This document shows, one piece after another, positions 63,996-64,000 of a stretch of DNA of 64,000 bases. Under the pieces are notes generated by a model, which worked only from the letters and a program-made list of their open reading frames with translations, ran no database searches and was not told the DNA's origin. The stretch covers positions 1 through 64,000 of IMG/VR virus record IMGVR_UViG_3300036820_000011; one strand, written 5' to 3'. Positions within the stretch are counted from its first letter, which is position 1, and each line of letters starts with the position of its first letter. Origin of the DNA: a virus. The position numbers and the translations under genes are program-made.

Positions 63996-64000
63996 CGACT

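Overview
This window is a 64-kb segment of a high-GC actinobacteriophage, probably infecting a mycelial streptomycete-like host (it carries TraB, WhiB and Rpf genes). The minus strand from about 23.8 to 55.7 kb holds a siphoviral virion operon with cluster-B/Rosebush-like architecture: terminase, portal, a 2H-phosphoesterase/MuF/protease fusion, hexamer and pentamer capsid proteins, major tail, adaptor, tail assembly chaperones, tape measure and minor tail proteins. Terminase, portal and tape measure each carry an intein. The plus strand from 8.9 to 22.7 kb is an early-type region of many small genes (DUF932, ASCH, PAPS-reductase-like, LuxR, WhiB). It is driven by two near-identical promoter modules with long structured leaders and repeated RNA-like hairpin motifs. 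The main surprise is at 0.8-6.6 kb: an apparently intact Streptomyces-type conjugation module (RHH repressor, Spd-like proteins, TraA, TraB translocase, clt-like repeats) embedded in and translationally coupled to a glycosyltransferase/epimerase cluster. This suggests a phage that may also spread by hyphal conjugation. Other notable items are a possible virion-glycosylation set, synonymous AT-rich patches located on conserved catalytic motifs, and host-like cell-wall/redox genes (Rpf-NlpC/P60, GH25, GH16, MsrQ-like, PLD). No integrase, replication gene, tRNA or CRISPR array was recognised. All calls come from reading motifs by eye; no database search was run.
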